A DNA stretch of 64,000 nt from contig MU056550.1 in assembly GCA_013239625.1 (NCBI GenBank), positions 868,001-932,000 on the forward strand. The letters are read 5' to 3'. A program made the translations under genes and the position numbers. Below, one piece after another: positions 25,400 to 38,400 of this stretch. The DNA is from Lama guanicoe. Taxonomy: Eukaryota. How positions within the stretch are numbered: position 1 is the first letter of the stretch; each line of letters starts with the position of its first letter. The notes under the pieces are model-generated. The model saw nothing but the letters and a program-made list of their open reading frames with translations. It did not search any database and had not been told where the DNA came from.

Positions 25400-26400
25400 A
25401 GGGGAAACACGTGTTTACTGAAGAGCAATAGTGTTAGCAGGAGACCGTGGTGGTTATCCAAAGTTACGGTCCCACGGAACCGTACACCCTGCCTTTCCTT
25501 GTTGTCGCTCGGGGCCTTTTTCCCATGGTACCTCGGGCCTGCTCCCCCCGCCCTCAGGAAGTGAAAGCCTGCCCACGCTCCCAGTGCATGCTGGGAGATG
25601 GAGTTTCCTTTCTCAAGGCTGCGGGTGACCGTGAGGTCTGCGGGGTCGCTGGGAGCCGCCAGCACGTGGCGGGGAGAGGCGGCGCGCGCGCTAGCTGTCG
25701 GCTCCCGAGAGCGGCAGGAGCTGCCCACCCTTGCGCCTCCCGTCGCGGTGCCCTCCCGACATGCCTGAGGAGGCGGGCTTCCCGCCGGCCAAGAGATTCC
25801 GGCCGGGCGCCGGGCCTCCGAGCCGCGCCGGGTCCTGCCCTCCCGGGCGGCGAGTGGTTATGCTGCTGACCCCGGGCGGCGGCGGCGGCGGTGGCGGAGG
25901 AGGCCGGAGGCAGGAGCCGCCCCTGGTCCAGCCCGCGTCCAGCCCCTACTCTGAGGCCGTGGAGCTGCAGCGCCGGAGTCTGCCCATCTTCCAGGCGCGG
26001 GGGCAGCTGTTGGCCCAGCTCCGAAACCTGGACAGCGCCGTCCTCATCGGTGAGTGGCCGCGCCGGCGGGTGCTTCCTTGCTCCCCGTTCGGGCTCTGCG
26101 AGAACAGCTTTTCCTAGGCGTCTCTCACCGTATTTCATTCATTTCTACAACAAACCTGACCTTTTCTGTGCGGGGCCAGGAGAGAGGCTTCAAAGGAGTC
26201 GGACAGCCTCGTTCTGGAGGTGCTCACAGCCAGTGCGAGTGACCCACGCGTGAAGCAAAGACTCACCTTACGTGTGGAAGAGTAGAGGGGCGCAGCGGGG
26301 ACTTTGGGAACTTTGAAGAGTGGTTCTGAGCCAATCGGTGAGGGGCGGCGGGGGAGGTGGTCCCCGGAAGGCGTTCAACACAGCCTCGAGAGAGCCTGCC
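25400..26400 (+). promoter_or_regulatory. DHX33 CpG-island promoter with E-boxes
   Basis: CpG-dense; CACGTG at 25408-25413 and 25663-25668. Confidence 0.8.
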
Positions 26401-29400
26401 CTGTTAAGAAACCAAATGGAGGCGAGAAACAGTTCTGTTTCTGGTGCATGAATTAAGAGGCAGAGTTGAGGACCGGGGACTGATTACAAGCGGCTTTGAT
26501 CCCCAACGTTTAAGTAAGAGGAGTTCCTGAAGGACCCAAAGGATGAGCCTCCAAGGGAAGGAGACCCAGGAGAGCCGACAGCCTAAGGAATAGAGCTGTA
26601 AGAAGGGAGTGAACAGATGCAACAGTGAAGAGGTCCAGTAAATGCAGACCCAAAAATGCCCACTGGTTGGATGCGAGGTATTGACTGTGGATCCCATTGA
26701 GCTCTGTTTCAGCAGAGCCGTGGGAGCAGAAGCTGATTTGGCATTGGGCAGAGGAGTATGCAGGAGGGAAGGGCATGAAGGCAGAGGGAGCGGACTTGTG
26801 TTTTGAGAAAAAAGGAGTGGGGACGGAGAGAAATTTTCACGTATTCACAGGCTGAAGGGAATAACTCAGTGGAAGAGGCTGAAATTGGAAAGCTGGCACT
26901 AACAGAGGCTGAGAGCATGAGAAAGAGGGGTACTTGGGAACAAGGGCTCGATGCAGAGCTGGCCTGGAACAGGAGGATGGATATCCAGGAGGCTGGGGGC
27001 TGGAGAAAGGAGGTGAGAATAAGGGTGACTGCAGAAAAGCTTGGAGGGGAGAGGGAGGGAGATCACATTTGAGGACTTCACTTTTTCTAGGAAATAGGTA
27101 CAGGAGCTCTGCTGAGAATGGGAGTTGCAGGGCCCTTGGGGAGGCGAGGGACAGAGGAAGGGCTGGAAAAACAAGAACAAAGACCGACGGTCGTGCTGGT
27201 GCACAGGTACATTTGGCCCCACTGCGAACTCAGGTATTCGTTGGCGCAGTTGGGTTATTTTACTATAGCAACGCTCAGTTTCTTGGTATATGAGAAAAAA
27301 AGATGGACAGGGAGACACTGATCCAAGTTGGGGTTTTACCTGGAGGACTCAGCAGGAGGAGTGTAGAATGATCAAATGATTTTTCTCTGGGTCAGGAAGG
27401 ATGAGCAGTCAGAGGGAAGAAGATGGAAGAACCGTGGGTCTGCAGGGGCTCTGTGAGGTCAGGGAGGGTTGGTGGGAGCCACGGAGGGGAGGGACGCACG
27501 GGTCTGCCAAATTCTTTGCTCTGATTGGGCACTGGGAAAGGAATGCCTGCTGTATGCAGATGCTCAAGTACACGGAGGAGACAGGCAGGCCTCTGCCCTC
27601 CAGGGGCTTCTGATACTGGAGGGGGACAGAAGCATTTAAATGCTTCCACATAGTGTAGGATGATCAGTGTTGGAAGAGAGATGAACAAGGCACTAAGGAA
27701 CACAGGAGGCTAGTGCAGCCCCTGGGGAGAGAATTTGAGATCTAACTCATCTTGTTGAGTTTGTCAGGCAGAAGCATGGGAGCAGGTGTTTCATAATAGT
27801 GCAGACAGAGGCAGAGGGTGTGAAAGAAGGTGGCAGGCTGGGGAACGTGAGGGGTTAGGCATGGCTGCAGTGTAGGGGTAGACATCTCCTCATGTCATTA
27901 CATAGACGTCTCATTTATTCCTTTGAAAAGTATGACGGGGGGTTGGTATAGCTCAGTGGTAGAACACGTGCTTAGCATGCACGACATCCTGGGTTCAATG
28001 CCCAGTACCTCCATTAAAAAAACAGGATGATATTTTCATCACAGTTGTATTTCATTGTATGCTTTTACTGTACCTGTTACTATTGCTGACCGTTTACATC
28101 TTTTCCAATTTCTGGCTGTCATGAGCAATGACTAAAACGTCTTTGCAGCTTCATCTTTATACACATCTTTACTTCTTTAGACACAAGTCCTGTAAGTGGA
28201 GTTGTGGGTCAAAGGATATAAACATTTTAAAGATTTTTCCTGATGTAATTTGGCCTTCCAAGAAACAATTGCAGTTAGCACTCCACTAATAGTACACTTG
28301 GGTGTCCGTTTTCCAGTGGCTTTATCAGATCAGTGTATTTTCTTTAATCTTTTCCTTCTAACTTTGATCTGGATTGTTTGGTGAAATTTGTTTCTGTTTT
28401 GCATTTAAGTGAGACTTTTTTCTTTCCTAGGGGAAACTGGCTCTGGGAAGACCACGCAGATCCCTCAGTACCTGTATGAAGGAGGAATTGGCCGCCAGGC
28501 CGTCATTGCTGTGACCCAGCCTCGTCGAGTGGCGGCCATCTCCCTGGCGACCAGAGTCTCAGATGAGAAGAGAACTGAACTCGGGAAGCTGGTACCTAAT
28601 TTCCTTCTTCACTGACTCCCTTTCTTGGCTCCTTTCCCCTCACCCCCTGCTCCCTGACTCTTATTTTTCTGAACAAGACTTCTTATACATAGCAAGCTTC
28701 TTCCTGGCCACATTGTTTTGGCCTTTACTAGTTCCTCAGAGATCAGAGGTCCCACAGGCTGTCAGTCCCATTTGCTTTGCTTTCAAAATGTGTTAGCAAG
28801 TCGGATAAATTAATTGTTTTCCTTGAGCACTTTCAAGGCTTCATTAACATCTGCTAAACCTCTTATCTACCTATCCCTCTAAAAACTCATAAGCATTTTT
28901 CTAGCTTATACGTGGGTATTGAGAGTGAGTCCCAGAATTTGTAAGTCAGATTTATTTGTGTTTGTGTGTGAGTTTATGCATTTGACTTAAAAAAACGTCT
29001 TGGATATCCTTTCGTGTGTGTACATAGCTTCACTTGCAACTGTGAAGCAGCCGGTGGGAGGAGGTTAGTTTTAAATTCTCTGTAGTGCTAATCTTCAGTG
29101 CAGTGCAGGGGTGTGTCCTTTGTCCCAGGGAGCGGGGCAGAGCAGGTGTTGGTCCCTATCACCCAGGCAGCATAGGGCAGGGACCCTGAGTGCACGACAC
29201 GTGTTTGACGAGTGAAAAAGTTGTGTCACCGCGCAGGTTGGCTACACTGTGCGCTTTGACGACGTCACCTCGGACGACACCAAGATCAAGTTCCTGACAG
29301 ACGGCATGCTTCTGCGTGAGGCCATCTCCGACTCCCTGCTTCGGAAGTACAGCTGCATCATCTTGGATGAAGCTCATGAACGGACCATTCACACGGACGT

Positions 29401-32400
29401 GCTCTTTGGGGTGGTGAAGATGGCGCAGAGGAGGCGGAGGGAGCTGGGGAAGCTGCCTCTCAAAGTAGGTGCAGCCCGTTCTACAGGACCGGGGAGATCA
29501 GGGAGGTGGGCGTTGCGCGGGCCTCCTGGTTGCAGGTAGGGATGGAGGTGAACAGAAAGGCTGCTGGTGTTGGTTTCCCATCCTCCTCTCCCGTCTGGCC
29601 TGCAGGTGATTGTGATGTCAGCCACGATGGACGTGGACCTGTTCTCTCAGTATTTCAATGGAGCCCCCGTCCTCTACCTGGAGGGTCGGCAGCACCCCAT
29701 CCAGATTTTTTACACCAAACAGCCGCAGCACGATTACCTGCACGCTGCCCTCGTCTCGGTCTTCCAGATCCACCAGGTATGCGGTGGGGTGAGGATGCCC
29801 AGAGAGGTCGGTTTGACCTTGAGCGTTCAGCCTTGCAAAGGAAAACTGCCAAAGGAAACCACTCCGGGAGCTGTGTCCTTAAGGTGAATAAGGAGTTCGT
29901 TTACCACGTCCACGTGTTTACTCTTTTTTTATGCTTTTTTTCCTCTAAAAAGAAAAATAGTTCAACCCTGACCAGCAGCTTTCTTCAGCTGAGCCAGAAA
30001 ACATCCACAGGGTAGAGCAGTGGCTGGCGAGCACTTTTTGATCAGAACCCGCAGTAAGAAGCACATTCTATTTTGCAACCCAAGACATAACACATAGGGC
30101 TGAAGTAAGTCTTCGGAAACAGTGCCCCCCTCACTATATGTGATGTCCTCTGGTATTTTCTCTCATTAAAAAAAAATAGTTGGTATATTAACCAATAATG
30201 GGTTGCAATTTAGAGTTTTCTTTTGAAAAAAAAACTATATTAGGGAAATATTTCAAAAATTTTTTCATTTTATTAAATATCGACTTAAATTTTCAAGTGA
30301 TTAAATCACTTTTTTTTTTTTTGGAGGGAAGGGGTTAATGTGTATAGAATTCACTGTTCTTACCTGCCCATTAACTTTCTGAAAAAAATCTAGGAGCCCG
30401 CTTTTTAAAGCTAATTTTTGTTTTAAGCTAATCGATACATGCATACATAGTTTAAAGTTTGAAAAGTCAAGCTAACTTTAAAAAGCTCATTAAAAAAAAA
30501 CAGCAGTCGGAGAGGGAAGGTGTAGCTCAGTGGTAGAGGGCATGCTTAGCATGCAGAAGGTCCTGGGTTCAGTCCCCAGTACCGACTCTAAAAAAACCTA
30601 ATTACCTCCTCCCCCCGCAAAAAAAATTAGAAATGGGTTGAAACTTCTGATCTCTTCTCTTCTCCCATTGTCTCTGTCTTTCTGGCCTTATGCCTTCACT
30701 GTAACTTTGATAGTATTTGCAGAAGGTCAGTCTGCCTTGTTTTGCTGCTAAAAGCAAACTTGAGATGAGGATTTGTCATGCATGACACCTGCGGGGCCCT
30801 CAGGTGACATGGTGGCTTTGATGAGTCCACTCATTGATGAAGCGTTGATGTTTTAGAGGTTATCCTGTCTGTGTGTGTGCACCTCTGAACACTTGTCCTG
30901 TTAATGCAGGCTGAAAGAGTACATGCACGCATGCATGGATGTCTAACGACACGTATTTACATGTAGACATTTTATATATATGTGTGTAATGTGTATATAC
31001 TTCCACACGTGCACACGTATAATTACCACTATCAAATGTGTTTCAGTTATTATGCCACTCAAGCACTTTACAGATTAATGTATCTGCACAGCCCTCAAAG
31101 AAAGACCGGGTCACTGGGTGTGCAGTTAACACTTGGATGTTCCTCCCTTCTCGAGGTGCGGAACCCAGTTCAGCCTGGGATCTCAGGCATCCGTCCGAGA
31201 ACAGGGCGCTTTCGTAGTTTACAAGGGTGTGTTTGCCGGCCTCGGTCAGTAAGGGCTCCTTTCCCAGCACGACTGCTCCTGGCCTTTCTGTGGATCAGGA
31301 TTTCCCCAAGTCGTTGTCTCTTTTGTCAGCTTCATCTTTCAAGATGATTCTGAAAGAAAGTAAGCCTTACGCAGATTTTACTGGCTTGCCTGATTACGCT
31401 GGTCATGACATTGTTCATGTTGCAAAAGCAGTCTGGTGATTTTCCTTCAAAATGTCCTTAGTTAGGTTCTGAACATCGCTGGCTAACCTGCATCAGTTGC
31501 AGCTGTGCGTTACTGGGGAGGGTTTTCTCCCAGGGGAGACACCCATGTTAAGGCTCCTGTATGACCCCAGCATTAAGGAAAATAACTGGGAAACTTCATC
31601 AGTGACCATTGTCTTGTTCTGTGCAGCCTGCACTTCCGTCAAGGCCTAGTCATTCTGCTCTGCCCTTCTGGTAGGAAGCCCCCTCCTCTCAGGACATCTT
31701 GGTGTTCCTCACCGGTCAGGAGGAGATCGAAGCAATGAGCAAGACCTGCCGGGACATCGCCAAGCACCTCCCAGATGGCTGCCCCTCCATGCTGGTCCTT
31801 CCGCTCTATGCCTCCCTGCCCTACGCCCAGCAGCTCCGTGTCTTCCAGGAGGCCCCAAAGGTGAGTGCACCCCCTCTCCTGCCCAGCCCCACCCCTGGGT
31901 ACCAGACGGACCCCATGTGTGGGGTCTGTGCTCCTGTCAGCAGGCCCCAGATAAGGCATATTCATCTATGAGCTGAAAAGATGCAGGCATATAATGTAGG
32001 GCTGCAGCTATAGCTTTCCTGGGGTTGGAACAGGGAAACAGTTGTCAGGGTTGAGAGAGAGGCAGAGGCAGAAGCCAGAAGCTAAATGAGTGACTCTTCC
32101 GAGGTCCACCGTAAACAAGTGATTTGTCCACAGCACCCGTGCTGTGCCAGGCACGGGGCTCACGCTTTGCAGCCACTCTGGCTTCCTCTCAAAAACCGCA
32201 AGGTAGGTCACAGCCCCAGTTCATAAACCCCGAGGCCCCGAGGGGTGGAGTAACAGTTGCCCAAGGGACACAGCAGGTAACTGGCAGGGCCAGCGTTCCA
32301 TCCCGTGTCCACCGGCTTCTGAATCGTGTGCCCGTTCCGCTCCATCTCATCACCTCCAAGTAAGCTTTTAACACTGGACCTTCTCCCCTCCCTCCACCCA

Positions 32401-35400
32401 GTTTAGTGACCAGCCATCGATATTAATAACCGTCATTCGTGACAAAGTCACCTATTCTTGATCGTGAGTGAATTGTGGCAGTCAGTGGTGAGGAATATAT
32501 TTTAAAGCTTCTGAATCATTTGTGNNNNNNNNNNNNNNNNNNNNNNNNNNNNNNNNNNNNNNNNNNNNNNNNNNNNNNNNNNNNNNNNNNNNNNNNNNNN
32601 NNNNNNNNNNNNNNNNNNNNNNNNNNNNNNNNNNNNNNNNNNNNNNNNNNNNNNNNNNNNNNNNNNNNNNNNNNNNNNNNNNNNNNNNCCCCGACGTCTC
32701 TTCCTTGTGCAGTGAGCCACCCGTAGTCCCACAGTTTCCCCAAAATGAGCAGTTCACCACTGCCCCCAACTGCGATTTGGGTGGCCTGCCCCACACATGA
32801 GATAGCAGTCAGGTCCAGAGGGGCTCCTGAGGGTACAGGGGCAGGTTGGTGAGGCGAGTCCCCAGGTATGGCAAACATGGAGCAGGAGGATCAGGGACCC
32901 CGTTGGCAGGTGGGTGAGAATGATGGCTCTTGGGCCAGGGACAGCAGATACCCCATCGGAGGCTTCCTTGGAGATGGCGTCCAGTGCACCTGGTTCGAGC
33001 TGCAGGCTCCCAGGAAGGAAGCAGGCCCCTGGGCTGGGGCGAGGCACTAGCTGTTTCCTGAGCATGTGCGGTGGGCAGCTTGCTTGAAGTCATTTCTCTT
33101 CAGGTCTGTTTTCCACCTTGCTTTATTCCGTGGAGAATATGAGGCAGCTGAAATCATGGCTCCCAAACCTTGAATTGAAATGCACTGCTGAGCATTCAGG
33201 GTGCTGACTTTCACGTGTGTATCTCATGGGGCCGGCCTGCCTGAAAGGGCTTGGTTCTCCAGTGCCAGGCATGGAATACACCTTTATCAAGATTTGTCTC
33301 CTTCACTCCTGGGCACAACAGCATCACATCATCTCTCTTTCATAATAGAAGGAAAGGAGGACGGCGCATAGAGGGCAGGAGGCGTTTCATTTCCGAGTCA
33401 TTGATTGCTGGGGGACCAGCCGTCCCGGTTGCTGGAAACTGTCTTGGTTTTGGTTCTGGGAGACCCCTCAGTCCTGGGCAATCTGGGGTGGTTGTCACCT
33501 GTGATCTAAGCCAGGGCCTCTGAAATCTGCTCTCCTGGCCCCCTGCTCCGAGCACGAGGTTTCTCTGGTGCTTCAGTCACAGATTTCACACGGTGTTCAC
33601 GGCAAGGCCTCGTTTCACCACGGACCAGTTTGGCTTTACACTTTCCTGGACTCGTGTCTCAGAAAGGGTCCCTCGTGCCCTAAGGAATGCTTCTCACTGT
33701 CCACGTTGTAGAAACAGCTTGTCCGTGTGATGGGCGAAGCACTAACTTGGGCCATTCTCCCCCCAGACAGTGGCCTGGAGGTGTTAGCTGTGCAGCGAGT
33801 GTCAAAGACCCAGGCCTGGCAGCGCACAGGACGGGCTGGCAGAGAGGACAGTGGTGTCTGTTACCGGCTCTACACAGAGGATGAGTTTGAGAAGTTTGAG
33901 AAGATGACCGTGCCAGAGATCCAAAGGTAGGCCCAAGGGGCTCCCATGCCCGCCATACGTTCCCGGGGCTCCTGTTCCCACTCGTGTCTTCCCAGGGCTG
34001 CTGTTTCCCCTAAGGCCCCTGGGAGTGGGGGCAGCTCTGCCCCACTGGCTGGAGTCGGGATGCCTGCAGGAACCATCTGCATCTCCCACTCTTGCAGGTG
34101 TAACCTGGCAAGCGTGATGCTGCAGCTTCTCGCAATGCGAGTCCCAAACGTGCTCGCCTTTGATTTCATGTCCAAACCGTCTCCAGGTGAGTGGGGTCTT
34201 CAAGGCAGTGAAGGGGCCTAAGTGGACCGGAATAGCCAGCAACTTGCCAAGAAAAGGTCTTCTGGCCGCCTCCTCGTGTGTGTCTGATGCACTGGATGGA
34301 GTCGCTCAGAATCACGAGAGGAGAGGTCTCTGCCCTCAGCTCCGTTGTGGTGCAGAAGCAGCGGCTTTGCGAAGGCACCCTGAACGGGTCCCGTGACCAC
34401 AGAGCCAACACGGTGGGTGGAGGGGGCCCACAGGATACCACCAACTTAACTGAGTTGTACTGTTGCAGCAAAAGGACTGAAAAGATCAAGTTTCTTTGCT
34501 TTTGACTGGAATTTGGTCCCTGTCCTTCACTGATAATCTCTCCACGGAGGAAGGAAAAATAATTGTGATTCTTAATGGTGGTAGCTTGGCACTTGACATC
34601 TTCAATACACCCTCTTCCTTTTTCTCTTGTTTTCAAGTGGGGAAATGCAATTGGGTAAAAAAGTAGACAGTCAGTGTGAGTCCTGGGCCCTCCCCTGTCT
34701 TCAGATTCTTAGTTTCCCTTCCAGAAGCAACCACTGTGGCCATCCCCCAGCGTCTTCTAGAAAAAATCCATGCGTATGCAAGTACATAGCCTCACGTTTA
34801 AAACACAACTAGCAATGCACATTGTGCACCATTCTACATTTTTTTCCCCTTTTAATTGCTAAGTTCCTACATGTAAAGGAAGAACACATGCCAGGTAGCA
34901 ATGAAGCCACACCTGGGTACCTGTTACTGGGCCCACGAAGCCCTCCCGCCGCCCTGGCCTCCCTCCTCCTGCCTCGGAGGAACCACTTCCCTGGTTTTGT
35001 CTGTGATTCCCTCACTTTTCTTTGATGTTTTATTCCCTGCACGTGCATCCCTGAGCAAGGTGTTGTTTTGGTTGGCGTTTTTATGTGTTGATATCCCAGT
35101 AACCTCTCTTCATTCGCTGTGTTTTGCAAGGTTTATGTTTGATGCATTTTCAGTGCTAAATACTGTTCCATTCTATGAATAAATCAAAATGCCATTTATC
35201 CTTCTACTGATAGACATTTGCACATTGCTCTTTTCCCTTAATATATCTTACACATCATTTCCTCCCTGTGTGTATATGTTTATTACATGATTAGAAATGC
35301 ATCTTTATTCTTTAATAGGTAACGCAGTTTCATAGTTCAAATTCTAAAAGAATAAAAGGAAATAGTAAACAGGGGCCTCTGAGGCAGCTGGTGTTTCCAT

Positions 35401-38400
35401 CGTGTGTGTGATCTGGAGGTGCAGGTCCCGTACGGTGTGCGAGTAGATTTGGGGGTGAACTTCTTAAGTGTAACTTTGCTGGGTTTTGGATTTATGTACA
35501 TACTGCCCAATTGCAGGCTGTTATTTAAAAAGAGAATTGAACATGGAGACAGTGGTGGGTGTGAGGTTTGATGCAGACGTATCAGAAGCTCCCAAAGTAC
35601 TGAACTAGCTACAGCTTCTTCCTTTTTTAAATTTTTGGCCCCTTTTTATATCTCTTTAGATCACATTCAGGCGGCCATTGCCCAGCTGGAGCTGTTAGGT
35701 GCCCTTGAACACAAAGACAACCAGCTCACCCTGACTCCAATCGGAAGAAAGATGGCGGCATTCCCATTGGAACCCAAATTTGCCAAAGTAAATGATACCC
35801 TCCCCTCAGTCCCCTTTTTGCGAAGTGCAGGTTAGCCATCCCTGCTCCCAGAGGACTCCTCAACCCAGTGCTTCTAGATCCATCTTCCCTTTTTCTCTTA
35901 AATAATGATCAAGCCCTACTCTGGGTCTAACGCTGACTTAGATTCTTTGTGGGGTTCAGACTAGTCATGAGCCCTTTCCATGTGGAATTTGGAGTCACGA
36001 GGGGAAGGCAGTCATCTGTTTAACAAAAAGTGAAATGACATAACACACATTGTCATGGTTTTAGAAACACCTGCCCCTTCACATCTTAGAGGGGAAGCAA
36101 CAAGCAATACAGGGAAACACTGTGTCCAGGAGCCGGGAAACGGCTTGGTGACACAGTTTTAAATTTTGACTTGCAGACCATCCTCCTGTCCCCCAAATTC
36201 CACTGCACGGAGGAGATACTGACCATCATCTCCCTGCTATCGGTGGACAGTGTTCTCTACAACCCCCCTTCTCGGCGGGATGAGGTGCAGGGTGTGCGGA
36301 AAAAGTTCACATCGAGCGAGGGCGATCACATCACCCTGCTCAACATCTACCGGACCTTCAAAAACCTGGGCAGAAATAAGGTAAGCCGTGTCTCCTTCCT
36401 CTTCCCAAATGGCACCTCCTTTCGGGCTGGTGTTTTAAGGGCATCTTCCCTTCTGGGCTGTGTCACCTGAAGAGCCACAAAAAGAATGCCGGTTGTCACT
36501 TCAGAGAAGTCTGAGCACAGGGAGGTTCCCAGGGAAGACTTCAGTGATTCCAGCCTTGCACTTTGCTTGTATTTGACTCGCACTTAACATGGGCAAGTTC
36601 GTTAAGTATTTGGTGATCCGATTTCTTAGCTTGAAAAGGATTTATTTCCCCACCTGCCCCTGACTTTCTTCACAGTAGCCTTTGCTTTTGTGATACTTCA
36701 GATGCATGGACCAAGATGGAAAATGGCAGTGTCTTTTTTTCTTTTATCAGTGAAATCAGTAATTGTACCATAGACTGCATGCTTCACTTTGTCTGTCTTA
36801 ATGCAGTTATTAAAAAAAAAAGGAAATAATAATAATAGCCAGCACCAGGTTTAGTAGCGGTAAACATTTTGTTCTATTTGCCTCCATTTATTTTTAAGGA
36901 AAGAAAATGCTGTGGACACGGCAAGAGCCCTGTGCTGCTCCCTGTGTAGTCCTTTCTCCCTTCTGTAACCACTGTCCTGAAGTGGGTGTGTCTGTGTCCC
37001 TGTGGGCGACAGTGCACACTCACTTCATATCCATGCACACTGTGTGATGTAAATGCTTCCACCCTGCAGGGAACATCCAGCTGGGTCTCCTGTGCACAAG
37101 GGGGCGGGTTTCTCTGGGGCTGACACCCAGGAGTGGACCTGCTGGTCTTAGGGCAGCTGCGTCCAGCTTTAACAGCGGGTGTGTGGCTCCGCAGAGCTGT
37201 CACGTCCCTCTGCAGACTCCCCAGAGTCATATACGAGAGTTCCGCTTCCTCCAGCCTCTCCAGCTCTCAGTCAAAATGACTTTCATTTTTGCCATGTTGA
37301 TGGATGTGAGCTAGAATCTCAGTTATTTGAAACTGCACCTGCCACGATTCCTCAAGAGACTGAGAGTCTTTGCTTAAGCTTATTGTCATTTGTGGTTAAT
37401 CTTCTGGGGGTTGTCTGTCTACATCCTTTGTCCACTTTCCTACTGGTTTATTGTTCCTTTTCTTATTGATTTGTAGGTTTTTGTTTGTTTGTTTGTTTGT
37501 TTGTTTTTAATGTATTCTGGAGGTAATCATCCTTCCCTGGTGAGGTGATGCAAATATCCCAGTCTGTAGCTTTTTTCATGGTAACTTAATAGAAGAAAAT
37601 TTTAAGTTTTACTTTAGTTTAAATTTGTACTGTTTCCCATTATGGTTCATGCTTTCTGATACAAAGATATTTTCCTATATTTATTTTTAGCAACTGAAGT
37701 TCTTCTCTGAATTTAACTGTGGTCTAAAAATTATGTATTTTTTCTCTATAGAAATGAGAGGACTGTGATATTTCTTTTTCTCCTCTTCAGGATTGGTGCA
37801 AAGAGAATTTTGTCAACAGCAAGAATATGATGCTAGTAGCTGAGGTCAGAGCACAGCTGAGGGACATCTGCTTAAAGGTATTTCCCCTCCTGGTGTCCTT
37901 TGGGGGACTAAGCGTCACTTTTTTCTAGGTGAAAATTTTTAAACTGCTCATGATTACAAAAAAACAAAACAAAACAGAACAAAAAACTCTGACTGTAGGA
38001 AAATTTAAAAGTAAAAAAGAAAGTAAAAATTACCCCAAATTCCACCTCTCACCATTTGGTCTGTTTCCTTGCTGCCCTGTTTTTGATGCATTTTTTTACA
38101 TAGTTACATGGTATGTGTATTTCATATTTAGCTTTTATAAACTTTAAAAGCATTTTCCAATGTTGTTAGAATTTTTCCCAAGGTTTTTTTTTTTAGTGGA
38201 AATATCTTTGTGATTTTTCATTCAGCTTATGAAAGGAGTGCGTAATTGTTACAAATTGATTCAGTGCAGAAAATAGTATTATAGTGCAAAAAGTGTAAAG
38301 GTCTCCCACAGTCCTGCCCCTCCAATTTTCACACAGCAGTGTGGTGTAGATCCTTTTAGAATTTGTCCTGTGTATGTGTGTTTTTGTGTGTACACATACA

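Noticed and set aside
27937-28022. tRNA-Ala gene call (also at 3858 and 30509)
   Set aside because: Broken stems, A-tails and multiple diverged copies indicate SINEs.
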